Source of the DNA: Macrostomum lignano
Taxonomy: Eukaryota
DNA length: 64,000 bases
Direction of reading: 5' to 3'
Assembly: GCA_002269645.1 (NCBI GenBank)
Contig: NIVC01000831.1
Location: 62,001 to 126,000, forward strand
Position numbers and translations under genes: made by a program. The notes beneath the pieces were generated by a model, which saw only the letters and a list, made by a program, of their open reading frames with translations, was not told where the DNA came from and did not search any database. The first letter of the stretch is position 1. Every line of letters starts with the position of its first letter. Below are positions 13,527 to 26,984 of the stretch, one piece after another.

Positions 13527-13855
13527 ATCTTACTTTTGACTCTATCGCCATCTCACCTTCGACTCTCTCGCCATCTCTCTCCTGATTCTCTCGCTATCTC
13601 ACCCTTCGACTCTCTTGCTATCTCACTATCTCACACTTTGACTCTCTCACCATCTCACCTTTGACTCTCTCACCATCTCATCTTTGACTCCCTCACCATC
13701 TCACCCTTTGACTCTCTCACCATCTCACCCTTTGACTCTCTCACCATCTCACCCTTTGACTCTCTCACCCTCTCACCTTTGACTCTCTCACCCTTTGACT
13801 CTCTCACCCTTTGATTCTCCCGCCATCTCACCTTTGACTACCTCGCCCAGTCTCA
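13480..13855. repeat. CT-rich minisatellite
   Basis: TTTGACTCTCTCACCATCTCACC units. Confidence 0.9.
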
Positions 13856-14589
13856 ATATTCCCTATCTTAAAGACCAAACTTTAAAAAAGCGTCAAAAAA
13901 GTCCCGTATTGATAACAATCCATGGTTGTAATTCGCAGTTATTGGTGATAAGGCAGTGAAATTATCGGTCGCACACTTATAGTATTTAGATTCAATCTGT
14001 ACTGTCTGTACGTTATAATTTGGTCTCCATGCCAATTGACCGGCGTCTGGATCTTTTTTTTAGCTTCAGGGGGGTGGTGACACAGCGTGAGGCCTGTTTA
14101 ATTCCACTTGGTTCCCGCTCTGTGCTATCGGGCGCATAATTTCTTAGATTCGGTGAAAGTTTTTCTATACATCGAAGAATAAATTAGCCCAATTCTTGTC
14201 TCAAGTATAGATAGATTATAGATAGACAGACTGCTCACTGTGAGTAGTCAATTATCGACTTAGGGGGGGGGGGGCGGGGGGTTTGGTGTGGGTAAATGCA
14301 TGGAGAGCAACAGCCTCAGTGCCTCAAGGCGATGTTGGATGCTGTGCGAGAGGCCTGAGGGAAACAGGGAAACGAGAGCTGAAGTCTCTGAGAAGACCTT
14401 GGCAACCATGGATCCATGCAGCAGCTCAGTGTGAAGTCTCTAAATAGAGATTTTTTGAGAGGCAGTCTGTTAGTTTAATTGTATATTTTTAATTGTTTTT
14501 TTTGTCTTTCGAGTGAATTGATTGGAGTGAAGTTTGTACTCTGCTGAGATGCTCTATTAGGGGCATTGCTCTGGCTTGGGTATTTTTAA

Positions 14590-14990
14590 TAACTATGGGT
14601 ATTTCTATATCTATGAATATTTTCAATGGGTATTTCTGTATCTATGGGTATTTCTATATCTATGGGTATTCCTGTATCTATGGGTATTTTTGTATCTATG
14701 GGTATTTTTGTATCTATGGGATTTCTGTATCTATGGGTATTTCTGTATCTATATGGGTTTTTGTACATCTATGGGTATTTCTGTATCTATGGGTATTTCC
14801 GTATCTATGGGTATTTCTGTATCTATGGGTATTTCTGTATCTATGGGATTTCTGTATCTATGGGTATTTCTGTATCTATGGGTATTTCCGTATCTATGGG
14901 TATTTCTGTATCTATGGGTATTTCTGTATCTATGGGATTTCTGTATCTATGGGTATTTCTGTATCTATGAGTATTTCTGGGTATTCTTAT
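14590..14990. repeat. 18-bp minisatellite
   Basis: Unit ATGGGTATTTCTGTATCT. Confidence 0.95.
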
Positions 14991-15759
14991 CTACCAAATT
15001 TTCGTTGTGGGTATTCGGGTATTTCTATGTGCACACGATATCTCAGGTAAAATTGAATATGAAACAGAGTAATAGCTCGGGCTATTATAGAATTCAGTTA
15101 AAACAAATTTGAATCTTTTTAAACTTGCGGATTTATCATAATATACAAACGCAGCCTAGCTAAAACTATTTAAGATATAATTTGATAAGTATAAATTAGC
15201 TCCAAAATGAGACAGAAAGCTTCATTTATGCCAAACAGTACTGCAAACGGAGATGCTATGCATGCTTCTGCGTGTGGCGCAGATTTCTTATACATAGGCC
15301 CTGTCTGACAACTCTTAGTCTTCTCACATTTGATAACATATTGTTAGGTGACAGGTGATGATTGCACAACAACTGCTGCTTGCCCTCGGGGCGTGAATAA
15401 AATGTGCCACGCGGTTGCCTGCTTTGATGCTGATGGGGGGGAGTAGTCTAACCCTGATTTGGCCTATACCTACAAGTCCTAAGGTAACATGCTTACATGG
15501 TAAACTAGCTACTATAGAAGAATTAAACAGGTAGATGTTAGGGAGGCCATACAAGCGCTGCTCTCTTGGCTCTGCTTTTAGAAGAAGCAAAGCAGAAGAA
15601 GCAGCAAAATTTATGTAACAAGGAAATATATTAAGAATAAGGAAGGACGGAAGAGGCCCGCCCAGAGGCGGAGAGAAGAACGGAGGGGCAGGGGGGCTTT
15701 TTTAGAATTTGTTGAAGCGTTAAATTCGGTTGGATCACAAGCGGGAGGACCGTCTCCCG

Positions 15760-15820
15760 TCTCGACAGCTCCCAATTGGCTGGCGGGCTCCCACGCCTGC
15801 AGTTCCCATTGGCCGTCGGA
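15760..15820 (+). promoter_or_regulatory. Possible Pax6 proximal promoter elements
   Basis: CpG-rich unique sequence with CCAATTGG and CCATTGG (CCAAT-box-like) ~250 bp upstream of the ATG; motif-only evidence. Confidence 0.2.
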
Positions 15821-16055
15821 GGACACAGTGAAGGCGCCGCCCTGCTGCCTACTTGATTTCCAAGCCAGTGGGTCTTGAACAGCCCCAGACTGCTCCTGCT
15901 TATTCTTGCTTGCGCTCGCACGAGAAATCACATTACACAATATACGCTTGAGTTAAGTCGCCCACTGAAGCAAAGTTCAAGTCTATACTTGTTAGTCTGT
16001 ATACTATATACATTACTAACATTACTATATACTATAAAGCGGTGAACAAATAGGT

Positions 16056-16392
16056 ATGATGCAGCATCCGCAGCATCAGCATCATCATGTGCACAGCAAC
16101 TGTGCCTACCTGGAGAACTATGGCCAGCACCATGCAGCCCTGCATCCTCCACCCGCTGCGGCGATGCACATGACCGCAGGGCACCAGCAGCAGCTGCAAC
16201 CGCAGCCCCATCAGACTCACCATCAGACTCACCTGCAGCATCCGGCAGTTCATCATCAGCAGCACCTGCATCACGGACTTCATCAGCAGCATCCACTCGG
16301 CCAATCTGATGGACTTACAGCACTAGTCCAGCCTCCTCAGCCTCATCAACTTCCTGCAGTAGCCCCTACCGTTGCTTCAGAAAAATCTGCAG
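16056..16392 (+). CDS. Pax6: Pax6 exon 1 (His/Gln-rich N-terminus)
   Basis: ATG-initiated 112 codons +1 nt ending GCAG|GTATAT; phase 1 joins in frame to [10 protein letters not shown], the conserved Pax6 intron position. Confidence 0.75.
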
Positions 16393-16734
16393 GTATATAC
16401 AACATTTGCCTGTTTGCCTTTTGCGTGTGGAACATGCTATCGATAGGAATATTACATGGGGGAGGCACATAAATAGCAAGAGAAGTTGAGAAGAAATTTA
16501 TTTCTTTAGATGCCACACGCCAACACACGCGGTGTTAAGCTTTGGCGAGTTCGGAAATCATAGGCAAAAAAGGATGTTTTTTACATCAAATATATAGTTT
16601 ATAAAATCGTGCAGTATTTGTCATTGCAACCTTATAGTTTGTTGTTAAGATTGCAGGTCAGTTAAATATGCTTTGAAATATTTATAATATAATATATGCA
16701 TGTAATTTACTAACCAAATTGTAATTTTCGAAGT

Positions 16735-17491
16735 CCTGTCTCACTCTTTCTCTCCCTTAGTCTCACCCCTTTCTAACCCTTAGTCTCACTCTTTCTCACC
16801 CTTAGTCTCACCCCTTTCTATCCCTTAGTCTCACCCCTTTCTACCAGTATCCCTTAGTCTCACCCCTTTCTATCCCTTAGTCTCACCCCTTTCTACCAGT
16901 ATCCCTTAGTCTCCCCTCTCTATCCCTTAGTCTCACCCTTTCTATCCCTTAGTCTCACTCTTTCTATCCCTTAGTCTCACACCTTTCTATCCCTTAGTCT
17001 CACCCTTTCTATCCCTTAGTCTCACACCTTTCTATCCCTTAGTCTCACCCCTTTCTATCCCTTAGTCTCACTCTTTCTGACCCTTAGTCTCCCCTCTCTA
17101 TCCCTTAGTCTCACCCTTTTCTATCCCTTAGTCTCACCCTTTCTATCCCTTAGTCTCACCCCTTTCTAACCCTTAGTCTCACTCTTTCTCATCCTTAGTC
17201 TCACCCCTTTCTATCCCTTAGTCTCACCCCTTCTCTCACCCTTAGTCTCACCCCTTTCTATCCCTTAGTCTCACCCCTTTCTATCCCTTAGTCTCACCCC
17301 TTCTCTCACCCTTAGTCTCACCCCTTTCTATCCCTTAGTCTCACCCCTTTCTATCCCTTAGTCTCACCCCTTTCTATCCCTTAGTCTCACCCCTTCTCTC
17401 ACCCTTAGTCTCACCCCTTTCTATCCCTTAGTCTCACCCCTTCTCTCACCCTTAGTCTCACCCCTTTCTCTCACCCTTAGTCTCACCCCTT
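16735..17491. repeat. ~22-24-bp minisatellite (Pax6 intron 1)
   Basis: Unit CCCTTAGTCTCACCCCTTTCTAT. Confidence 0.95.
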
Positions 17492-18019
17492 GTAGGGAGG
17501 CACCTCCACTTTTCACACGCATGTTGTCATTGCATCCAGCTGTCCTCTCCGCTCCTGCTGCTCCTGCTCATGAAGGCAGTTATTGCACCCAAGCGGAACT
17601 GCAAATGTACAACAACATGCAGTTAATTATTTCCCTATGTATATACGCCTTATGACTGACCCAGATCCATACAAAGCATGTAGGTGTGCATATGCTGCGA
17701 TTCTTAACTAATTTATTGATCTCTGAGTGTATTTTTGAGCAACTCCTTGCTAAGTTAATAAATTATAGATGCGCCCCCAAACTTATGGGATAGAGAATAA
17801 AGGTATCGTATAGGTGCTGCAGTGCATGCTGCATGGTAAATATTGAGTCATAGTCAATGTGGGCCCCGAGTCTATTATATACTTGTAAGATACAACTTTT
17901 GCGATTGTATCAGCCATGTTATATTTATTAATCACTGCAGGTCAGTCCATATCGTCTGAAGATGATCTGCATGCACCTGCGGTCAAGGGCATCAGGAAAT
18001 CAAAGAGAGGTGAGACTTG

Positions 18020-20073
18020 AAGGTGTGCTAGAATGTGTGCTAGAATGTGTGCTAGAATGTGTGCTAGAATGTGTGCTAGAAGGTGTGCTAGAATGTGTGC
18101 TAGAATGTGTGCTAGAATGTGTGCTAGAATGTGTGCTAGAAGGTGTGCTAGAAGGTGTGCTAGAATGTGTGCTAGAATGTGTGCTAGAAGGTGTGCTAGA
18201 AGGTGTGCTAGAATGTGTGCTAGAAGGTGTGCTAGAAGGTGTGCTAGAATGTGTGCTAGAAGGTGTGCTAGAAGGTGTGCTAGAAGGTGTGCTAGAATGT
18301 GTGCTAGAAGGTGTGCTAGAATGTGTGCTAGAAGGTGTGCTAGAATGTGTGCTAGAAGGTGTGCTAGAAGGTGTGCTAGAATGTGTGCTAGAATGTGTGC
18401 TAGAAGGTGTGCTAGAAGGTGTGCTAGAAGGTGTGCTAGAAGGTGTGCTAGAAGGTGTGCTAGAAGGTGTGCTAGAAGGTGTGCTAGAAGGTGTGCTAGA
18501 AAATGTGCTAGAATGTGTGCTAGGTGTGCTAGAATGTGTGCTAGAATGTGTGCTAGAAGGTGTGCTAGGTGTGCTAGAATGTGTGCTAGGTGTGCTAGAA
18601 TGTGTGCTAGGTGTGCTAGAAGGTGTGCTAGAATGTGTGCTAGAATGTGTGCTAGAAGGTGTGCTAGAAGCTGTGCTAGAAGGTGTGCTAGAAGGTGTGC
18701 TAGAAGGTGTGCTAGAAGGTGTGCTAGAAGGTGTGCTAGAAGGTGTGCTAGAAGGTGTGCTAGAAGGTGTGCTAGAATGTGTGCTAGGTGTGCTAGAATG
18801 TGTGCTAGGTGTGCTAGAATGTGTGCTAGGTGTGCTAGAAGGTGTGCTAGAATGTGTGCTAGAATGTGTGCTAGAAGGTGTGCTAGAAGGTGTGCTAGAA
18901 GGTGTGCTAGAAGGTGTGCTAGAATGTGTGCTAGAATGTGTGCTAGAAGGTGTGCTAGAATGTGTGCTAGAAGGTGTGCTAGAATGTGTGCTAGGTGTGC
19001 TAGAATGTGTGCTAGGTGTGCTAGAATGTGTGCTAGGTGTGCTAGAAGGTGTGCTAGAATGTGTGCTAGAATGTGTGCTAGAAGGTGTGCTAGAAGGTGT
19101 GCTAGAAGGTGTGCTAGAAGGTGTGCTAGAAGGTGTGCTAGAAGGTGTGCTAGAAGGTGTGCTAGAAGGTGTGCTAGAAGGTGTGCTAGAAGGTGTGCTA
19201 GAAGGTGTGCTAGAAGGTGTGCTAGAAGGTGTGCTAGAAGGTGTGCTAGAAGGTGTGCTAAAAGGTGTGCTAGAAGGTGTGCTAGAAGGTGTGCTAAAAG
19301 GTGTGCTAGAAGGTGTGCTAGAAGGTGTGCTAGAAGGTGTGCTAGAAGGTGTGCTAGAAGGTGTGCTAGAAGGTATGCTAGAATGTGTGCTAGAAGGTGT
19401 GCTAGAAGGTGTGCTAGAAGGTGTGCTAAAAGGTGTGCTAGAATGTGTGCTAGAATGTGTGCTAGGTGTGCTAGAATGTGTGCTAGGTGTGCTAGAAGGT
19501 GTGCTAGAATGTGTGCTAGAATGTGTGCTAGAAGGTGTGCTAGAAGGTGTGCTAGAAGGTGTGCTAGAAGGTGTGCTAGAAGGTGTGCTAGAATGTGTGC
19601 TAGAAGGTGTGCTAGAATGTGTGCTAGAAGGTGTGCTAGAATGTGTGCTAGGTGTGCTAGAATGTGTGCTAGGTGTGCTAGAATGTGTGCTAGGTGTGCT
19701 AGAAGGTGTGCTAGAATGTGTGCTAGAATGTGTGCTAGAAGGTGTGCTAGAAGGTGTGCTAGAAGGTGTGCTAGAAGGTGTGCTAGAAGGTGTGCTAGAA
19801 GGTGTGCTAGAAGGTGTGCTAGAAGGTGTGCTAGAAGGTGTGCTAAAAGGTGTGCTAGAAGGTGTGCTAAAAGGTGTGCTAGAATGTGTGCTAGAAGGTG
19901 TGCTAGAAGGTGTGCTAGAAGGTGTGCTAGAAGGTGTGCTAGAAGGTGTGCTAGAAGGTGTGCTAGAAGGTGTGCTAGAAGGTGTGCTAGAAGGTGTGCT
20001 AGAAGGTGTGCTAGAAGGTGTGCTAGAAGGTGTGCTAGAAGGTGTGCTAGAAGGTGTGCTAGAAGGTGTGCTA
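18020..20073. repeat. 12-bp minisatellite with G/T and 9-bp variants (Pax6 intron 1)
   Basis: Unit GTGTGCTAGAA(G/T); source of 700-aa artefact ORFs. Confidence 0.98.
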
Positions 20074-20544
20074 CAGAGACTGTAAAAATCATTGTTCCCA
20101 TGCACGGTACATTTTAAACCGACAAAAGAACCGGAGCCGATGAGAGCAATCCTACAAAAATGAGCAATTTGATGCCGCATCACCTTCGCTAATGAGAGCT
20201 GAGTGACAGCTGAGCTGGGCAGCTCAGTTACGTGGGTTTTTCCGTTATAAAGGATGGGCGGCACGGGAGGCTGCAGTGGCCGCTGTCACTGAAACTAAAT
20301 TTGGGATTTTTTCATAAACAACCTTCCAGCACACGGCTGGGGGTTGGTGCTGACTCCGACTCTCAATTAGTTGGCCTTTGTGCCGAGCGGTTCCGTAGCT
20401 TCCCTTACTGGAAGAGAGGCCCCCTTGGTGCTCGCTTCACTGCGCATCAACATGCAGGACTCCGGGGCTGCGGGCCTTTGTGGCGGAGACAACTGCTCAG
20501 GCTGTCTAATTGCTTTGCAGTCACGCAACTCTGCTGGCTTGTAG

Positions 20545-21245
<701 letters not shown>

Positions 21246-21889
21246 ATCTTTGTTTGTGCTTATGCATTGTGCTTATCTACCTAATTTAGCGTTGCATTCC
21301 TAGGCAAGACTATCACCTTCCCGAAAACTCGTGTCCCGCTAAGATGCCGGGTCCGAGTAAAGCCCCTTCCCAGTCAAATCAGGAATCCCCTATAATCCCT
21401 TCCGCAGTCTCCCGGGAAGACCCAGCGGGGCGGTGGGGAACTTGGTCGCAAAATGATTGGGAAGAATCGCCAAAACCAGAGCCATGCTGTCTGGAGCCCG
21501 CGAAAGCCCGCTCCCGCACCGCGGGGGTTTCCTCCCTGCCGACTCCCCACAGCGTGCCTGCAAATTCGCATTGGCACCGTAATCCCCGCCCTGATCCTCG
21601 CGTTAAAATTTTTTTAAGAGGCAGCACACGGAGCTTGGGAGAATTTTTACAAGAATCCGAGTGTCAAACACATTCTCCCAGACCCTCTTGACGCACTGCA
21701 AGCTGTGAAACACTGGGAAAGCTTCTGCACTGGAGGTTTTATGATTCTAGAATTTTTTTTGGAATGTAACGCGTGGCTTTTATGGCCTCTGATTGGCACT
21801 TGCGGGAGGTGACGTAAAATGGCAAAGCGTTAAATGAGACGGCTTAAGGAATTCTGAGAATGCCGCATGCGCCAGAGCCTTCTATGATA

Positions 21890-22035
21890 AGATTCGGGAT
21901 TCGGGATTCAGGATTCGGGATTCAGGATTCGGGATTCAGGATTCGGGATTCAGGATTCGGGATTCAGGATTCGGGATTCAGGATTCGGGATTCAGGATTC
22001 GGGATTCAGGATTCGGGATCCAGGATTCGGGATTC
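21890..22035. repeat. 7-bp repeat GATTC(G/A)G
   Basis: Alternating GATTCGG/GATTCAG. Confidence 0.95.
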
Positions 22036-22574
22036 CGAGAATCGAGCAACTCCACTCGAATCCTTTGCTCACTGTCAGACGCGCGAGCTTCTTAAATTTC
22101 CACCAGAGAATCTGCGAATGAAATGTTTTAAGCTAAAAAAATCGTCAACAACTTGTTTTTTCGTTGCATTGGTGACTTTCTGAGTCCCCAGTCGCGCACG
22201 CAAGCCGCCAAGGAACTCGAATGGGAAGTAAAACAGATTTAGAAAAAAATGACAACACAAAGCCTGCAGACTCCGATTGCAGTTTGCCTGAGAAATTCAA
22301 AACTTTGCTGTTTAATATTTCTTCAACCCATCAGCGAAACGCACGCAATGATGGCATTTCGGGGGAAAAGGCTACACAATGACTGCATGGACATTGAACA
22401 ATGAAGTTATATTGTGAGAGGTGGAATATATTTTTGATATTGATAACAAATCATAAACTTGCACAAAGAGTTGAAAAACGGTGGGGAGGTTTCTTTAGGC
22501 TTAGCGATCTGGAGGTTAGGGATCAAGGATTTGGGGAGCATCGAATGACTGAACTGACTGGCACCCCAATTTAG

Positions 22575-23115
22575 CGCCGAAAAGACACAAACTTCAAAGC
22601 CAAAAGACACAAACTTCAGCGCCAAAAAGACACAAACATTAACGGCAAAAAGACAGAAACTCCAACGCCAAAAAGACACAAACTTCAACACCGAAAGGAC
22701 ACAAAATTCAACGCCAAAAAGACACAAACTTCAGCGCCAAAAAGACACAAACTTTAAGGTCAAAAAGACACAAACTTCAACGTCAAAAGACACAAACTTT
22801 AAGGTCAAAAAGACACAAACATCAACGGCAAAAAGACAGAAACTCCAACGCCAAAAAGACAAACTTAATTGCCGAAAAGACACAAACTTCATTGCCGAAA
22901 AGACACAAACTTAATTGCCGTAAAGACACAAACTTCATTGCCGAAAAGACACAAACTTAATTGCCGTAAAGACACAAACTTCATTGCCGAAAAGACACAA
23001 ACTTCATTGCCGAAAAGACACAAACTTAATTGCCGTAAAGACACAAACTTCATTGCCGAAAAGACACAAACTTAATTGCCAAAAAGACATAAACTTCATT
23101 GCCGAAAAGACACAA
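22575..23115. repeat. ~23-24-bp minisatellite
   Basis: Unit AAAGACACAAACTTCATTGCCGA. Confidence 0.93.
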
Positions 23116-23624
23116 AACTTTGGAGTCCTGAGATCAACCGACTGCAGGATGAGTCCCGACTTGGTTGCTGTGCAGGGAAAATGTTTGGTAAAGCATCTTT
23201 TTTAGCCTTAGCCATACGCGGGGAAGAAATAAAGCAAAAAAGGTGGATAGCGAGCAGTAGAGGAAAGACGCAATGCAGTGTTAGGAGGGTCCCTCTCTCT
23301 CCTTTCCCCGCCAGCTCATCTCCCGCAAACCCCGACATATAGAGTCGATTGCAACATCCTTGAGGTAATTAAATCAGGGGTATGCGGTGGCAAGTCGGGC
23401 ATTGGGGAGCAGGGTTGAGTGGAAATCAATTCTGGGCCCTCTAGACTCCTTGCTTGAGCCCGAGAACGGTCGAAATCTTGGACGGAGGGGGGGGGGGCTC
23501 GGTAAGACTGGAAAGGATTGCGCATCGATTCTGGTTCAAGTTGGATACCGGGCTGACCCTGCACTGACCGCATTCTAGCAGTGGCTTGTCAGTAGCGAAG
23601 TTTTCGCGAAATTTCGGGAAAAAG

Positions 23625-24020
23625 GCAGCTGAAATTGGCGCTTCCTGACATCTGAAATCGGCGCTTCCTGACATCTGAAATTGGCGCTTCCTGACATCTG
23701 AAATCGGCGCTTCCTGACATCTGAAATTGGCGCTTCCTGACATCTGAAATCGGCGCTTCCTGACATCTGAAATTGGCGCTTCCTGACATCTGAAATCGGC
23801 GCTTCCTGACATCTGAAATTGGCGCTTCCTGACATCTGAAATCGGCGCTTCCTGACATCTGAAATTGGCGCTTCCTGACATCTGAACTTAACGCTTTCTG
23901 ACATTTGAACTTAGCGCTTCCTGACATCTAAAACCGACGTTTACTGACATCTGAAATCGGCGCTTTCTGGCATCTTGAATCAGCGCCTTCTGACACCTGA
24001 ACTTAGCGCTTCCTGACATC
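23625..24020. repeat. 23-bp minisatellite
   Basis: Unit GGCGCTTCCTGACATCTGAAAT(C/T). Confidence 0.95.
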
Positions 24021-24504
24021 CTAAAGCGCCGTTTCAAAGCGCCAGAATTGGCATAGCTACAACAAAAAAATTATAACACAGTAATAAAACTTCTATATGG
24101 GCTCATTACTTCGAATCGAGTTTCCGAAGTGCTCAAACCGCTATGCGATCAATCACTGATCCCCGGGATTCAGTTCTGTCATCGGGAGACGAGAAGGGGA
24201 GAAAAGGGAAAGGGGAGAGAGAGGGGGAGAGAGGCTCAATCTGAAACTGGACTGCCAGGATTTCAAATGTCTGACATGGGAGGGCCACGCGGCTGGAAAG
24301 ACTGGAAAAAAGTCTGCAAATGTTGGTTAGTAACTAAAAGTCGAAATCTCGTAACAGAGCGGTATAATACTTTCACGAGCTGTCACACAAGAAAACAGCC
24401 GCGGGCCAACCCAACTGTATTGAGAAGCCATGCATATGCAATATATAATGCGCATTGCTGAGTCTGAGAAGGCAGTTCAGTTGATCCAGACGGCTCGTCA
24501 TCAG

Positions 24505-25180
24505 TGCCGCTTTTTGAGTGGCGCCGATTTAGAATGGCGCCGATTTTTATGTGGCGCCGATTTTTATGTGGCGCCGATTAAGAGTGGCGCCAGTTTATGA
24601 ATGGCCCCGATTTATGAGTGGCGCCGATTTAGAATGGCGCCGATTTAGAATTGGCGCCGATTTTTGAGTGGCGCTGATTTATACCTAGCGCCGATTTGAG
24701 AGTAGCACTGATTAATGAGTGGCGCCAATTAATGAGTGGCGCCGATTTAGAATGGCGCTGACTTATAAGTAGCGCCAATATGAGTGGCGCCGATTTAGAG
24801 TGGCGCCAAGGTATGAGTGGCGCCGATTTAGAGTGGCGCCGATTTAGAGTGGCGTCTGTTTTTGAGTGGCGCCGACTTAGAATGGCGCTGACTTATAAGT
24901 AGCGCCAATATGAGTGGCGCCGATTTAGAGTGGCGCCAAGGTATGAGTGGCACCGATTTAGAGTGGCGCCGATTTAGAGTGGCGTCTGTTTTTGAGTGGC
25001 GCCGACTTAGAATGGCGCTGACTTATAAGTGGCGCCAATATGAGTGGCGCCGATTTAGAGTGGCGCCAAGGTATGAGTGGCGCCGATTTAGAGTGGTGCC
25101 GATTTAGAGTGGCGCCGATTTAAAGTGGCGCCGATTTAGAGTGGCGCCGATTTAGAGTGGCGCTGATTTATGAGTGGCGC
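24505..25180. repeat. ~16-bp GGCGCC-core array upstream of the paired-box exon
   Basis: Unit GTGGCGCCGATTTAGA and variants. Confidence 0.93.
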
Positions 25181-25237
25181 CTGTAAACACACAGCTCCTT
25201 GCATCACTTCTCCCCCAACCGTTTCCCTGTCGCCAAG

Positions 25238-25584
25238 GCCACTCGGGCGTGAACCAGCTCGGCGGGGTGTTCGTGAACGGGCGCCCCCTGCCGGACAGCA
25301 CCCGGCACCGCATCATCGACTTGGCCAGGGGCGGCGCCCGGCCCTGCGACATCTCCCGGATCCTGCAGGTGTCCAACGGCTGCGTGTCGAAGATCCTGTG
25401 CCGATTCTACGAAACCGGCTCCATGCTGCCGAAGGCCATCGGCGGCTCCAAGCCCCGGGTGGCCACGAAATCTGTGGTGGACAGGATCGCCATGTACAAG
25501 CGCGAGTGCCCGAGCATCTTCGCCTGGGAGATTCGAGACCGGCTGATGCAGGAGGGAGTCTGCAGTCAGGACACTATTCCTAGC
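25238..25584 (+). CDS. Pax6: Pax6 exon 2 (paired domain)
   Basis: (G)[22 protein letters not shown]...[16 protein letters not shown]...FAWEIRDRL...IPS with Pax6-diagnostic I42/Q44/N47; CCAAG|GC acceptor, AGC|GTGAGT donor at the conserved IPS|VSS position. Confidence 0.97.
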
Positions 25585-25699
25585 GTGAGTGGCGTTTGTT
25601 TGTTTTAACTGTCAGACAAGGGCGCCGATTTGAATTATTTAGATATAGAGTTCAATCGATCATAACTTCAGAAATCACATTAAAATTCAATCGATATTA

Positions 25700-26450
25700 A
25701 GGCGCCAATTTTAATTAATATTGAGGCGCCAAATTGAATCGATATTGAGGTCCAAATTGAATCGATATTGAGGTCCAAATTGAATCGATATTGAGGCGCC
25801 AAATTGAATCGATATTGAGGCCCAAATTCAATCGATATTGAGGCCCAAATTCAATCGATATTGAGACACCCAAATTGAATCGATATTGAGGTCCAAATTG
25901 AATCGATATTGAGGTCCAAATTGAATCGATATTGAGGCGCCAAATTGAATCGATATTGAGGCCCAAATTCAATCGATATTGAGGCCCAAATTCAATCGAT
26001 ATTGAGACACCCAAATTCAATCGATATTGAGGCGCTAAATTCAATAAATATTGAGGCGCCAAATTGAATCGATATTGAGGCGCCAAATTCAACCGATATT
26101 GAGGCGCCAAATTCAATCGATATTGAAGCGCCAAATTCAATCGATATTGAGGCGCCAAATTGAATCGATATTGAGGCGCCAAATTCAATCGATGTTGAGG
26201 TGCCAAATTCAATCAATATTGAGGCGCCAAATTGAATCGATATTGAGGCGCCAAATTCAACCGATATTGAGGCGCCAAATTGAATCGATCTTGAGGCGCC
26301 AAATTCAATCGATATTGAGGCGCCAAATTCAACCGATATTGAGGCGCCAAATTGAATCGATATTGAGGCGCCAAATTCAATCGATATTGAGGCGCCAAAT
26401 TGAATCGATCTTGAGGCGCCAAATTCAATCGATATTGAGGCGCCAATTTT
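25700..26450. repeat. 24-bp GGCGCC-core array downstream of the paired-box exon
   Basis: Unit TATTGAGGCGCCAAATT(C/G)AATCGA. Confidence 0.95.
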
Positions 26451-26984
26451 AATGGCACTGAGCAAGCCCGCAATTAGTTTGAATTAAAAAAAATCCTCCA
26501 GGTGAAATCGGCCAATGCCAGCCCTTTCTTGACATTCCTAACCTATAGGATCAGGGACTTGATCAGTGTGGTCTCGGCAAAGGTTATGGGAGCCGGGGGA
26601 TATCCTCGTGAGTCCCGTCTGTAAGATTACAGATGACTCAATTTTCTGGTCAGATGAGCATCACCTAGCAGACTGGGAGATAATTACTGGGATTCGGGAA
26701 ACGGCTCACAGACCTCCAGTCCCTTCTCTCTTCAGTGTTAAGTCTGGCGTACTGAAGAAGGCTTCATACAGCATTATTTGAAGTCCTACAGTATGAATGC
26801 CGAATACTATATTCCAGTTCTTACTCGCTAGAATGAGCTGATCCTCATGGTTAGGGGGGATATTGCGAAAAACAGGGATTTTTTAGGCCCTCCCCGACCT
26901 CGCTTGTTAATTGTCAAATTTTTATAGGGTATTCTGTTGTCCGCGCTGCCGTCACAGAACTGTGACCCTGATTCTCTGCTTTGA

